DNA of 64,000 nt from Deltaproteobacteria bacterium (GCA_026388415.1 JAPLJV010000006.1:48556-112555); one strand, 5' to 3'; positions 30,179 through 39,429 are shown, numbered from the stretch's first letter. Notes: generated from the sequence alone by a model not told the origin. Numbers and translations are program-made.

Positions 30179-30904
30179 ATGGAAATTTATTATGGTTTAT
30201 ATTGTATTTTTGTCTCCATTTGGATTCTCATAGACACCCCATTGCAAAAAGTTTCACGGTGGTGGGCATTCGGAGTATTGATCATGCCTTTACTAGTCCC
30301 ATATTATTTTATCAAGACCCGACCTGTTCAAAAGTATCGGAAATATATCGGTTTGTGGCTGTTGGGATTTCTTGTCTTTCACTTCATTGGAACGGCAATT
30401 ATGAGATTTAAAGTAGACAATACATCAAGCAAATCCTCCAAACAAGCGGCTGAGTGGAAAACATTTGTACCTGACGACAAAAGATTCACTGCACAATTCC
30501 CCACCGATCCGAGTCGAGAGCCGAATATTGTTGTAAATGCACCAGGCGGAAAAGTAGAACTAATTCAGTATATGTCTAAAAGTAAGGATACACTTTATGC
30601 AGTGACTTATGGAGATTTCCCCAGCAAAGCTTTTATTGGTAGGTCCTCAGAACAGATATTGGATAATGCGAGAAATGGTTGTGCTGCGAATCTTCAAGGT
30701 AAAATAACTAGCGAAGTGATAATATCATTAGGCAATTACCCTGGTCGTGAAATTACAATAAAAGTAGAACCTAACACAGTGGTAACTGCTCAAATCGTTC
30801 TTAAGAACAATCGTATTTATCAGGTTATGGTAGTGTCGCCCAGCGACAAATTGTTTACTTCACAACGAAAGGAGTTTTTTAATTCATTTAAAATACTGAG
30901 CTAA
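30179..30904 (+). CDS. hypothetical membrane protein (2-3 N-terminal TM + extracytoplasmic domain)
   Basis: The ATG at 30179 has an AGGAGA RBS and lies 9 nt after the previous stop. The hydrophobic N-terminus is YYGLYCIFVSIWILIDTP...WWAFGVLIMPLLVPYYF. Confidence 0.6.
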   Translation: MEIYYGLYCIFVSIWILIDTPLQKVSRWWAFGVLIMPLLVPYYFIKTRPVQKYRKYIGLWLLGFLVFHFIGTAIMRFKVDNTSSKSSKQAAEWKTFVPDDKRFTAQFPTDPSREPNIVVNAPGGKVELIQYMSKSKDTLYAVTYGDFPSKAFIGRSSEQILDNARNGCAANLQGKITSEVIISLGNYPGREITIKVEPNTVVTAQIVLKNNRIYQVMVVSPSDKLFTSQRKEFFNSFKILS

Positions 30905-30918
30905 AGAGCATAAAAGTT

Positions 30919-31044
30919 ATGAAGAAAGAGGCAGTTGCCGAGGCGCTGGCCGAGCACAAGCGGCAGGGGAATCCGATTGCTGTCTGGCGGAATGGCAAGG
31001 CCGTTTGGATACCACCGGAAGAAATTGTTGTGCCGGAAGGTTAG
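30919..31044 (+). CDS. small ORF (41 aa) MKKEAVAEALAEHKRQGNPIAVWRNGKAVWIPPEEIVVPEG
   Basis: The ...WRNGKxVWIPPEEI tail resembles a recurring small-protein type. It was not in the ORF track because it is under 60 aa. Confidence 0.35.
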   Translation: MKKEAVAEALAEHKRQGNPIAVWRNGKAVWIPPEEIVVPEG

Positions 31045-31093
31045 CTGGGAACAAAGGCAGATAAAATAGATCGGAAAACGATATTAGGAGGTT

Positions 31094-31294
31094 ATGATGA
31101 AAACAGTTAAGATTAAGGGGATGTCCTGTCAGCACTGTGTGATGGCCGTGACGAAGGCATTGAGCGGCCTGGCAGGCGTCAAGGATGTGCAGGTGGACCT
31201 GAAAAAAGGGGAGGCGACCTTCGCCGAGGAGAAAACGGTAGGAATGCAGGCGATTACAGATGCAATCGCCAAGGCGGGGTTCGAAGTTGGCTGA
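31094..31294 (+). CDS. copZ: copper chaperone CopZ (HMA domain)
   Basis: GMSCQHC metal-binding motif, 66 aa, GGAGG RBS. Confidence 0.88.
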   Translation: MMKTVKIKGMSCQHCVMAVTKALSGLAGVKDVQVDLKKGEATFAEEKTVGMQAITDAIAKAGFEVG

Positions 31295-33548
31295 GGAAAA
31301 TGGGGCGGTAAAGCAGACGACAACCATTTCCGTGGGGGGGATGACCTGTGCGGCGTGCGTGCGCCGGGTGGAGATGGCCATCAAAGCCCTGCCCGGTGTG
31401 AGCGAGGCGGCGGTGAATCTGGCCACGGCCGGGGCAACGGTACAGCACACTGCGGAATGGGCCGGGATCCATGCCTTGAAGCAGGTTATTGTAGACCAGG
31501 GATATGAATATCTGGGTGTTGCGGGTGAGACGGGCGGGGATCCGGTCGGTGAAGCCCGGGACCGGGAGCTTCGGGAGCTAAAGGCAAAATTTACTCTGGG
31601 CGCTTGCTTGAGCATCGTCATTTTCTTTGGTTCCATGCAGCACTGGTTTCCGTTCCTGGCTTTCATCCCGCGTCGCCTCATGCTTTTTATCCTGTTCTTC
31701 CTGACCACGCCGGTGGTTTTTTGGGTGGGAGCCCGTTTTTATGTCGGCGCCATTAAAGCGGCCCGGCAAAAAACTGCCGATATGAACACCCTGGTGGCCG
31801 TAGGCGTCCTGGCGGCCTATCTTTATTCGGTATTGGCCACCTTCGCCCCGGCTTTTTTTGCGGTGGCCGACATGATGCCGCACGTTTATTACGACGGGGC
31901 GGCGACGATCGTCACCCTGATCCTGCTCGGCCGACTCCTGGAAGCCAAGGCCAAGGGAAGGACATCGCTCGCCATCAAGAAATTGATCGGCCTGAAGCCG
32001 CGGACGGCCCGGGTGGTCCGCGAGGGTAGGGAAGAGGATATCCTGCTGGAAGAAGTGATGGCCGGAGATGTGGTCATCGTTCGGCCGGGGGAAAAGATTC
32101 CCACAGATGGAGAGGTGCTCACGGGCGCCTCCACGGTGGATGAGGCGATGTTGACGGGTGAGAGCATGCCGGTTGCCAAGGAGCCCGGTCAGCAGGTCTT
32201 CGCGGCCACGATCAATAAAAGCGGCAGTTTTACCTTCCGGACGACCAAGATCGGAGCGGATACCGTTCTGGCCCACATCATTCGCCTTGTGGAAGAAGCC
32301 CAGGGCTCCAAGGCCCCGATCCAAAGGCTGGCGGATAGGGTGGCATCTATTTTTGTGCCCGTGGTGATGCTGATTGCCATAGCGACTTTTCTGGTCTGGT
32401 ATTTTCTGGTTCCCGACCATGTTTTCAGCCGCGCCCTGTTAAATTTTGTCTCCGTACTCGTTATTGCCTGCCCCTGCGCCCTGGGATTGGCCACTCCGAC
32501 TGCCGTTATGGTGGGCACCGGTCTCGGAGCGGAGAAGGGCATTCTGATCAAGGGCGGGGAAACACTGGAGAGGGCTGGCAAGCTCGGTATGGTTGTGTTC
32601 GATAAGACGGGCACCCTGACCAAGGGGGAACCGGAAGTAACGGATATCATCGTCGCCGCAGGGGCTACGGAGGAAAGGGTTCTGCAGACGGCCATGTCTC
32701 TGGAAGCAGTCTCTGAGCATCCTCTGGCGGCGGCCATTGTGGCCAGAGGGAAGCAGGATGGCATCACGCCGATAGCGGTGGAGCAATTTGAGGCGCGACC
32801 TGGATTCGGTGTTCAGGCTCTCCTTGCCGGGCAGGCAATTCTGCTGGGAAATCTCAGGTTTATGGAACAGAATCGCGTTACGCTCGACGGACTGGAAGCC
32901 AAGGCAGAAGAACTATCCCACGCGGGTAAAAGCTGCGTTTTCATTGCGGAAGATAAAAGAGTAATGGGGCTCATCGGTATTTCTGACCAGCCAAAACCAT
33001 CGGCGGCGGCGGCGGTTAGGGCCCTGAAGAAAATGGGCCTGCAGGTAGCGATGATTACGGGTGATAACGCCCGGACTGCTCAAGCCGTGGCGCAAGCAGT
33101 GGGCATTGATCAGGTTTTGGCCGAAGTGTTGCCCCAGGATAAGGCAAACGAAATCAAGCGGTTGCAGAAGGAAGGCCAGATGGTGGCTATGGTAGGGGAC
33201 GGCATCAACGATGCGCCGGCCCTCGCGGCGGCGGACATCGGGATTGCCTTGGGCGCCGGCACTGATGTGGCCATTGAGACGGGCGATATTACGCTCATGA
33301 ATAACGATTTGCGGTCCGTCGCGATGGCGATCAGCCTTTCCACAACGACCATGAAGATCATAAGGCAGAACCTCTTCTGGGCCTTTATCTACAATGCCAT
33401 CGGCATTCCCATTGCCGCCGGAATACTGTATCCTTTCGGAGGGATACTCCTCAATCCGGAGTTTGCCGCCGCCGCGATGGCCTTAAGTTCCGTTTCCGTC
33501 GTCAGCAATTCGCTGCGCCTCCGCAGGGCATGGCAGCCGGTGATGTGA
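31260..33548 (+). CDS. copA: copper-translocating P-type ATPase
   Basis: HMA GMTCAACV, then CPC (CPCALGLATP), DKTGTLT and VGDGINDAP. The start is uncertain: either the ATG at 31260 or the TTG at 31287, which overlaps the copZ stop. Confidence 0.93.
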   Translation: MQSPRRGSKLAEENGAVKQTTTISVGGMTCAACVRRVEMAIKALPGVSEAAVNLATAGATVQHTAEWAGIHALKQVIVDQGYEYLGVAGETGGDPVGEARDRELRELKAKFTLGACLSIVIFFGSMQHWFPFLAFIPRRLMLFILFFLTTPVVFWVGARFYVGAIKAARQKTADMNTLVAVGVLAAYLYSVLATFAPAFFAVADMMPHVYYDGAATIVTLILLGRLLEAKAKGRTSLAIKKLIGLKPRTARVVREGREEDILLEEVMAGDVVIVRPGEKIPTDGEVLTGASTVDEAMLTGESMPVAKEPGQQVFAATINKSGSFTFRTTKIGADTVLAHIIRLVEEAQGSKAPIQRLADRVASIFVPVVMLIAIATFLVWYFLVPDHVFSRALLNFVSVLVIACPCALGLATPTAVMVGTGLGAEKGILIKGGETLERAGKLGMVVFDKTGTLTKGEPEVTDIIVAAGATEERVLQTAMSLEAVSEHPLAAAIVARGKQDGITPIAVEQFEARPGFGVQALLAGQAILLGNLRFMEQNRVTLDGLEAKAEELSHAGKSCVFIAEDKRVMGLIGISDQPKPSAAAAVRALKKMGLQVAMITGDNARTAQAVAQAVGIDQVLAEVLPQDKANEIKRLQKEGQMVAMVGDGINDAPALAAADIGIALGAGTDVAIETGDITLMNNDLRSVAMAISLSTTTMKIIRQNLFWAFIYNAIGIPIAAGILYPFGGILLNPEFAAAAMALSSVSVVSNSLRLRRAWQPVM

Positions 33549-33579
33549 TTATTCGCATACTTATTTCCCTTAATATCCC

Positions 33580-33608
33580 TTGACAAGCAAAAACGGCCCC
33601 CCTATACT
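33580..33608 (+). promoter_or_regulatory. near-consensus sigma70 promoter upstream of hsdR
   Basis: TTGACA (33580-33585), a 17-nt spacer, then TATACT (33603-33608). A perfect 10-bp palindrome ATCAATTGAT lies at 33633-33642. Confidence 0.45.
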
Positions 33609-33720
33609 TCCGCCACGAAAAAGGAAGTTCTTATCAATTGATCAACGACCTCCTGAAGAAGATGCTGGCGGGGTAAGCTCCTTAAAGAATAGAAAAATTG
33701 AATCTACCCGTGGTGAGATC

Positions 33721-36069
33721 ATGAGCACCGAAGCTGACGCCAGGATGGTGATCGACAAACTGCTGGAGACGGCAGGGTGGCGGATCACAAACAAGGCCCA
33801 GGTCTCGACCGAAGAGCCATCCGCAGATGGACGGGCGGATTATCTGTTGAAGGATTCCCGCACCCGGCCCCTCGCCGTCATCGAGGCCAAGCGTTTTGCC
33901 ATCGATCCCTATTCAGCGAAGGATCAAGCCCGCGAGTACGCACAATCTCTCGGCGCTCATTTCGTCATTCTCAGCAACGGCGAGGAACATTATTTTTGGG
34001 ATTATGAGGACGGGGATGCCAGGCCCATCATGGGGATGCCGTCCCAGGCGGACATGGAGCGCCGGGCCAACATCAAGGTGCACCGCCGTGGTTCCCTCGA
34101 GGAATCATTGCGCATCATCCCTTTCCCAGAAAAGTTTTTCTTCAAAGGGGAAGAGGTCAAAACCCGTCCTTATCAGCTAAAATGCTTGACAAAGGCAGAT
34201 GAAGCGCTTGTTAGCAACCGTCGAAGGATGCTTTTCGAGATGGCGACCGGAACCGGAAAGACGCTGACCATCGCCATGCTGATAAAGCGGTGGTTTCAGG
34301 CGGCGGTCGTCTCACGGGTCCTGTTTCTTGCGGACCGGATCGAACTCGCCAAACAGGCCAAGGAAACCTTTGACGATTATCTCCGCGACTGGCCGGCAGT
34401 TGTACTCTACGGCGGGAAACACAGTCTTGAAGGTCAGATCGTCGTCGGAACCCTCGACACGATCGCCGGTCAGCTCGGTCCCAATGGCTTCGGCCATGCC
34501 TACTTCGATCTGGTCGTCACCGATGAATGTCACCGTTCCATTTACAATACCCACCGCGCCACCCTCGGCCACTTCGATGCGATCCATATCGGCTTGACCG
34601 CCACGCCCAACCCTGGGGAACTCCAATGGATCAGCGAACATGAAAAGCGCCTGGTCCGGAATACCTATATCTTTTTCGACTGCTGGGACGCGGCGAAAAA
34701 AGAGGGGCGCCCCACTTTCGAATACGGCATCCAGACGGCGATTCAGGAGAATCACTTAGCCCGGTACAGCATTTACCACGCCGAGAGCGTTCTGACTTAC
34801 GAAGGCGCCCAATGGGAAGAAGAGGAGATCAAACCCGGGGCTTGGGGGAGAGAGGTCGAGTCCGAAGATCGGCTTAGGACGATCATTCAGGAATACTACT
34901 CGGCGGATGCCGAGCGATCGAAAGCCCGTTCCAGAAAGACGATCGTTTTTGCCGTTTCCGACAAACAGGCCGATGTCCTCGTCCGCCTCTTCAACCGCTT
35001 GCTGACAGATGAAGACTGCCTGCGAATCGCCAGTCAGTTGAACCGTTCCCCATCACAGGTACGGCAGGATTATGCAAAGAAGATCACCTGTTATGCAAAC
35101 AATGGCAACCCCAAACCGATCATCGACCAGTTCAAATACGATCCGTTGCCTGTAGTCGCCGTTTCGGTCGATATGCTGGATACGGGATATGACCACAAAG
35201 AGGTGGAAAATCTCGTCATGCTGAGGCCAACCCTCTCTGCCATCAAATACGTCCAGATGCGCGGTCGCGGCAGTCGCCTCTGTCCCCGCATTGGCAAGAC
35301 GGAGTTCGTCATCTACGATTTTGTCGGCAACACAAAGCGTTTCAACGATCCGGGTGAGGCCTATCACAAGCCGAAAATCGTCGGGACAGCGCCCGGAGCT
35401 AAACCTCTCGCGGCTGAAGAGGAAAATGACGGATGTGGAACGGCAGAGGCATTGGGAAAAACACCCTATCCGGCAGCAGCGCGTTCCGGCTTTTTGGTCA
35501 TTCAGGAAGGGTCTCTCGATGACGAGATCCGCGCCCGCGAGATCATTCTGGTTGGTCCGGAGGGGCTTGCCATCGACCGCAAGACCTATCGCGAAAAATG
35601 GGAAGAAAAAGTCATCGAACTCAGGAAGAGCGATCCCGCGGTGGAAAAGATCTTTCGTGGCGAGGTGTTGACCGATCAGGAATGGGAAGAACTTGCCCGG
35701 CGTCTCAATTCGCCGGAATACTACTTCAACGAGCCGTCGCTGCGCCGGGCTTTTGAACAGCCCTCCGGTTCGCTTTCAGATTTTATCCGCGTGTCGCTGG
35801 GCCAGGGTCGGTTCCTGACCAGGGAGGAGCGCATCGAAAAGGCGTTCAACACCTGGGTGGCCGAACACTCCAGCAGCATCGACGCCGCAAAAGCGCAAAT
35901 GCTCCGCCTCCTCAGGGCGCGGGTCAGCGCCGGCGAAGAGATCACCATGCGCCTCTTCAGCCAACCGCCGTTCGCGTTATGGGGCGGGCTCACCCGGATG
36001 GAACAGCTCTTCGGCAAGGACCAATTGCTTCAGATGGTAGATGAATTGAACGAACTGCTCGCGGCATAA
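33721..36069 (+). CDS. hsdR: type I restriction enzyme R subunit (EcoEI/type IB-like)
   Basis: N-terminal nuclease region ADYLLKDSRTRPLAVIEAKR, helicase motifs MATGTGKT and TDECHR, and an EcoEI_R_C-like tail. The ATG at 33721 is preferred over the TTG at 33580. Confidence 0.85.
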   Translation: MSTEADARMVIDKLLETAGWRITNKAQVSTEEPSADGRADYLLKDSRTRPLAVIEAKRFAIDPYSAKDQAREYAQSLGAHFVILSNGEEHYFWDYEDGDARPIMGMPSQADMERRANIKVHRRGSLEESLRIIPFPEKFFFKGEEVKTRPYQLKCLTKADEALVSNRRRMLFEMATGTGKTLTIAMLIKRWFQAAVVSRVLFLADRIELAKQAKETFDDYLRDWPAVVLYGGKHSLEGQIVVGTLDTIAGQLGPNGFGHAYFDLVVTDECHRSIYNTHRATLGHFDAIHIGLTATPNPGELQWISEHEKRLVRNTYIFFDCWDAAKKEGRPTFEYGIQTAIQENHLARYSIYHAESVLTYEGAQWEEEEIKPGAWGREVESEDRLRTIIQEYYSADAERSKARSRKTIVFAVSDKQADVLVRLFNRLLTDEDCLRIASQLNRSPSQVRQDYAKKITCYANNGNPKPIIDQFKYDPLPVVAVSVDMLDTGYDHKEVENLVMLRPTLSAIKYVQMRGRGSRLCPRIGKTEFVIYDFVGNTKRFNDPGEAYHKPKIVGTAPGAKPLAAEEENDGCGTAEALGKTPYPAAARSGFLVIQEGSLDDEIRAREIILVGPEGLAIDRKTYREKWEEKVIELRKSDPAVEKIFRGEVLTDQEWEELARRLNSPEYYFNEPSLRRAFEQPSGSLSDFIRVSLGQGRFLTREERIEKAFNTWVAEHSSSIDAAKAQMLRLLRARVSAGEEITMRLFSQPPFALWGGLTRMEQLFGKDQLLQMVDELNELLAA

Positions 36070-36091
36070 ACAAGAAAGAAGAAACGATCGC

Positions 36092-38170
36092 ATGGACAGC
36101 GCCCAAATACAGAACACGCTCAAGGCCCTCTGCAAGGTGATGTGGGACAACAACGTCACCAACCCCATCACCTACGTGACACAGATCTCCTATCTCCTCT
36201 TTCTCAAGATGATCGAGGAGATGGATCATGAACAGAAGGAGGCTGGAAACGGCAACCATCGCTCCCTGTTCGGCAGATATGAAAGCGAAGGCGAGGAGTT
36301 GGACTTTGATTCTCTGCGCTGGAGCGTTCTGGCGTCGGATCCCGACAACGAACGCATGTTGCGCACCCTGCGCGACACCCTACCGCTGTTGGCCCGCCAC
36401 CCTAAACTTTCCCTGGGGGCCCGAGCCGTTTTCCGCAACGCCGCGGTCGTGATCCCTTCCGGTGCGGCCCTGCGTCGGGCGGTGGACATCATCGCCCCCA
36501 TCTCCTTCCTCGGCATCGACGCCGACGTGAAGGGGGATCTGTTTGAATATCTCGCCAGCGAGTTGGGCGGTCAGAAGAAGGCGGCCCAGTTCCGGACGCC
36601 CCGCCACCTGATCCGTGTGATTGTCCAGATGGTTGATCCCCGGATCGGCCAAACGATCTGCGATCCGGCCTGCGGGAGCGATGGCTTTCCCATTGCCGCC
36701 TATGAGCATATCCTTCTGGCCAACACCGGTCCGGAATTCATCCGTGAAAAGATCGGCCCCGACGGCCTGCCGCGCCGGATCGGCATCGGCGACCGATTGA
36801 GCCGCGCCCAGTGGGATTTTCTGCAGAAGGGGACGTTTCACAGCTTCGACGGCGACCAGGACATCCTCCGTATGGCCGCCATGAACGCCGTGCTCCACGG
36901 ATTCGACGAGTCGCCCATCGTCCAGCGGGATTCCATTTGCGGCAGCGAGGACAAATGGGACGAAATCCAGTTTGACTGCATCCTGGAGAACCCGCCCTTC
37001 TCCGGTTCGCGCGGCGACGCCAAAAGGTCGCTTCGCATCGAAAAAGGCGACAAATACGTCCTGTTCCTCGCCCACGCCCTGCGGAGCCTGCGGCAGGGCG
37101 GCACGGCGGGGATCATCTTTCCCAACGGTATCCTCTTCGGCAACACGGGCAGCCATCTGACCGTCAAGGAGCGGCTGCTCAAGGAGTTCGATCTCCAGGC
37201 ATTGGTTGTTCTTCCCAAGGGGATGTTCGAACCCTACACCCCCAACCCCACCTGTTTCATGATCTTCAGGAACACCGGCCGCCCAACCCAGAACGTCTGG
37301 TTCTTCAAGGTGGACGGAGACGGTTCGTCCCTGTCCAGGGCGCGGAAATTCGGCCCCCAGTACCGAAACGATTTTCTGGATCTGCTCCGAATGTGGCCCG
37401 GACGCGAGACTGAGGAGGGACGTGCTTGGCTGGTGCCAGCTCAGAAGATCATTGACAACGGCTTTAAAATGACACTAACAGACTTAGGCCTGATCGAGAC
37501 TGAAACAGTTGAGCATCTCGAACCCGAGGAGATCCTCTCTTCTGTTGTTGCCAAGGAAGAAAGCATCATGCAATTGGTTCAGGAAATGCGCGATTGTCTG
37601 GAAGGCATGAGCGATGGTGGTTATACTCAAGATTGGCTAAGCGAACCTTTTGCTGAGGCGGTAAATCGTTTTCAAACCAGAGGCAGGAAGTTAAAAACAG
37701 CAGAATATCAGGATTCAGGGATTCTCCCTATTGTTGATCAGGGACAGACAATAATCGTCGGTTATACTGACAATATTGGATGCAAATTTCAGGGACCATA
37801 CCCAGTAGTCGTCTTTGGTGACCATACAAAGAATGTCAAATTTATCGACTTTGAATTCGCTGTTGGCGCAGATGGAGTAGTTTTGCTGCGTCCACGAAAT
37901 GAAAGTAAATTAGACATCAGATATCTCTACTATTGGCTCAAGTTCATACCGTTGCATAACCTTGGATATAGTAGACATTTCAAACTGCTCAAAGAGGAAG
38001 AAATAGCATTCCCCGCAAATTTAGGCGAACAACGCCGAATTGTAGAGAGGATCGAAAAATTGATCTTCCGAGCTGATGAAGTTCGTCATTTAAGAATCCA
38101 AACAGAGGAACAAATAGATAAGCAATTCAAAGCGGCCCTTCTGGCCAAAGCCTTCCGGGGGGAACTGTAG
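36092..38170 (+). CDS. hsdM: type I N6-adenine DNA methyltransferase fused to a single HsdS target-recognition domain (HsdM-HsdS fusion)
   Basis: HsdM_N-like start, motif I DPACGSDGF and motif IV ENPPFSG. The last ~180 aa (ILPIVDQGQ...VVFGDH...LRPR...YLYYWL...LGEQRRIVERIEKL) look like one Methylase_S TRD plus a conserved helix. There is no separate hsdS. Confidence 0.8.
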   Translation: MDSAQIQNTLKALCKVMWDNNVTNPITYVTQISYLLFLKMIEEMDHEQKEAGNGNHRSLFGRYESEGEELDFDSLRWSVLASDPDNERMLRTLRDTLPLLARHPKLSLGARAVFRNAAVVIPSGAALRRAVDIIAPISFLGIDADVKGDLFEYLASELGGQKKAAQFRTPRHLIRVIVQMVDPRIGQTICDPACGSDGFPIAAYEHILLANTGPEFIREKIGPDGLPRRIGIGDRLSRAQWDFLQKGTFHSFDGDQDILRMAAMNAVLHGFDESPIVQRDSICGSEDKWDEIQFDCILENPPFSGSRGDAKRSLRIEKGDKYVLFLAHALRSLRQGGTAGIIFPNGILFGNTGSHLTVKERLLKEFDLQALVVLPKGMFEPYTPNPTCFMIFRNTGRPTQNVWFFKVDGDGSSLSRARKFGPQYRNDFLDLLRMWPGRETEEGRAWLVPAQKIIDNGFKMTLTDLGLIETETVEHLEPEEILSSVVAKEESIMQLVQEMRDCLEGMSDGGYTQDWLSEPFAEAVNRFQTRGRKLKTAEYQDSGILPIVDQGQTIIVGYTDNIGCKFQGPYPVVVFGDHTKNVKFIDFEFAVGADGVVLLRPRNESKLDIRYLYYWLKFIPLHNLGYSRHFKLLKEEEIAFPANLGEQRRIVERIEKLIFRADEVRHLRIQTEEQIDKQFKAALLAKAFRGEL

Positions 38171-38172
38171 CC

Positions 38173-39063
38173 GTGGCCAAGGTGGTCCAGATCCCGACAA
38201 TCAACGATTTGCCGGCCGATTTCGAGAGGGTCTTTTCCATTTGGAACCAGGCGAACGACTATTTCGAGGAGGTGCGTTTCGATTTTTCCCGTTGTCATTT
38301 CCTCCGCCCGAATGCCGTGGCGTTTCTCGGCGGATTGGCCCGGTTGATTGCATCTCGCCAGGGAACCGCGATCTTCGACTGGGATACCCTGCGCGACAGT
38401 GCGATCAAGATGAATCTACGCCAGAACGGCTTTGCCGAAATGTTCGGTCAACCATATTCCGGGTGGACAGGCCATTCCATCCCATATCGTGAGGACAGGT
38501 TCCAGGACGTCAACGCGATCATGGACTATCTGACCGATTATTGGCTTGGACGCGGCTGGGTGCAGGTGAGCCCGCGCTTGCGGGACGCCATTGTCGGCCG
38601 CATGTGGGAAATCTACAACAACGCCTTTGAACACAGCGGATCGGAGATCGGCGTTTTCTCCTGCGGCCAGCATTTTCCACAGCAAAACGAGCTGTGTCTG
38701 TCCGTCGTGGATTTCGGGCAGGGAATCCCGGCCAAGGTCCGCAATTACCTGAGCAGCGATTCTCGCGCCGGACAATTGACGGCCGCCGGTTGCCTGCGAT
38801 GGGCTTTTCAGCGGGGGAACAGCACTGCCAAGGCGGATTTCGCACGCGGGCTCGGTCTGGACCTTCTCAAGGAGTTCATACGCCTGAATCAGGGAAAACT
38901 GGAGGTTTACAGCAACGAAGGATATGTGGTAATTGATCAAAACGGCGAACGTTTTGAGAATAGGCCTGTTTCCTTTGAAGGGACCGTTTTTCACATTACA
39001 TTGAGATGCGATGAGGCCCTTTATCGCTTTGCGGATGAAGCGGATGCCGAGCCGCCGTTTTGA
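38173..39063 (+). CDS. GHKL (Bergerat-fold) ATPase / RsbW-SpoIIAB-like kinase-type protein
   Basis: N-box-like EIYNNAFEHS, G1-like VVDFGQGIP and G2-like ARGLGLDLL. The GTG start lies 2 nt after the hsdM-S stop. Confidence 0.65.
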   Translation: MAKVVQIPTINDLPADFERVFSIWNQANDYFEEVRFDFSRCHFLRPNAVAFLGGLARLIASRQGTAIFDWDTLRDSAIKMNLRQNGFAEMFGQPYSGWTGHSIPYREDRFQDVNAIMDYLTDYWLGRGWVQVSPRLRDAIVGRMWEIYNNAFEHSGSEIGVFSCGQHFPQQNELCLSVVDFGQGIPAKVRNYLSSDSRAGQLTAAGCLRWAFQRGNSTAKADFARGLGLDLLKEFIRLNQGKLEVYSNEGYVVIDQNGERFENRPVSFEGTVFHITLRCDEALYRFADEADAEPPF

Positions 39064-39078
39064 AAAGGAGAACCGACG

Positions 39079-39429
39079 ATGAAAATGACTATTAAAGAGA
39101 TGATCGGCCCGCGTTGTATCATCCGGGAAGACGGTCAGAAGGTTTATGACTCAATCTATCCCCTTCTGCAAAGAGGTGAGACCGTGACGCTTGATTTTAC
39201 GGAGGTGTCGCAGTTTGCATCGCCTTTTTTCAATTTTGCTATCGGTCAGTTATTGAAGGATATCAGTGAAGAGGACCTGCGCAGACTGCTGCAGATTGAA
39301 AATCTCGATCCGACCGGAAAGCTGGTGGTCGAGCGGGTCATAGACAACGCCGGACGGTATCACGCCAATGTGGATTATCGAAACATCGTGGATTCCATTC
39401 TCCAGCAACAGGCCCAGGAGTCGGCATAA
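39079..39429 (+). CDS. STAS-like (DUF4325-like) small protein
   Basis: TVTLDFTEVSQFASPFFNFAIGQL matches the DUF4325/STAS-like core pattern (xLDFxGVxxxSxSFxxExxGxL). AAGGAG RBS. Confidence 0.6.
   Translation: MKMTIKEMIGPRCIIREDGQKVYDSIYPLLQRGETVTLDFTEVSQFASPFFNFAIGQLLKDISEEDLRRLLQIENLDPTGKLVVERVIDNAGRYHANVDYRNIVDSILQQQAQESA

Noticed and set aside
30917-31708. 263-aa minus-strand ORF opposite copZ/copA
   Set aside because: It lies antisense to genes with unmistakable HMA and P-type ATPase motifs. Its product is Arg/Pro/Ala/Ser-rich and low in complexity, as expected for a shadow ORF in GC-rich coding DNA.
33580-33720. 47-codon TTG-initiated extension of hsdR
   Set aside because: The TTG is the first three bases of the TTGACA -35 box of a near-consensus promoter. 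HsdR N-terminal homology begins at MSTEADARMVIDKLL (33721).
36380-37156. 258-aa minus-strand ORF (and a nested 126-aa ORF) opposite hsdM
   Set aside because: It is a shadow frame of the methyltransferase gene, with no motif and a Gly/Arg/Ala-rich composition.
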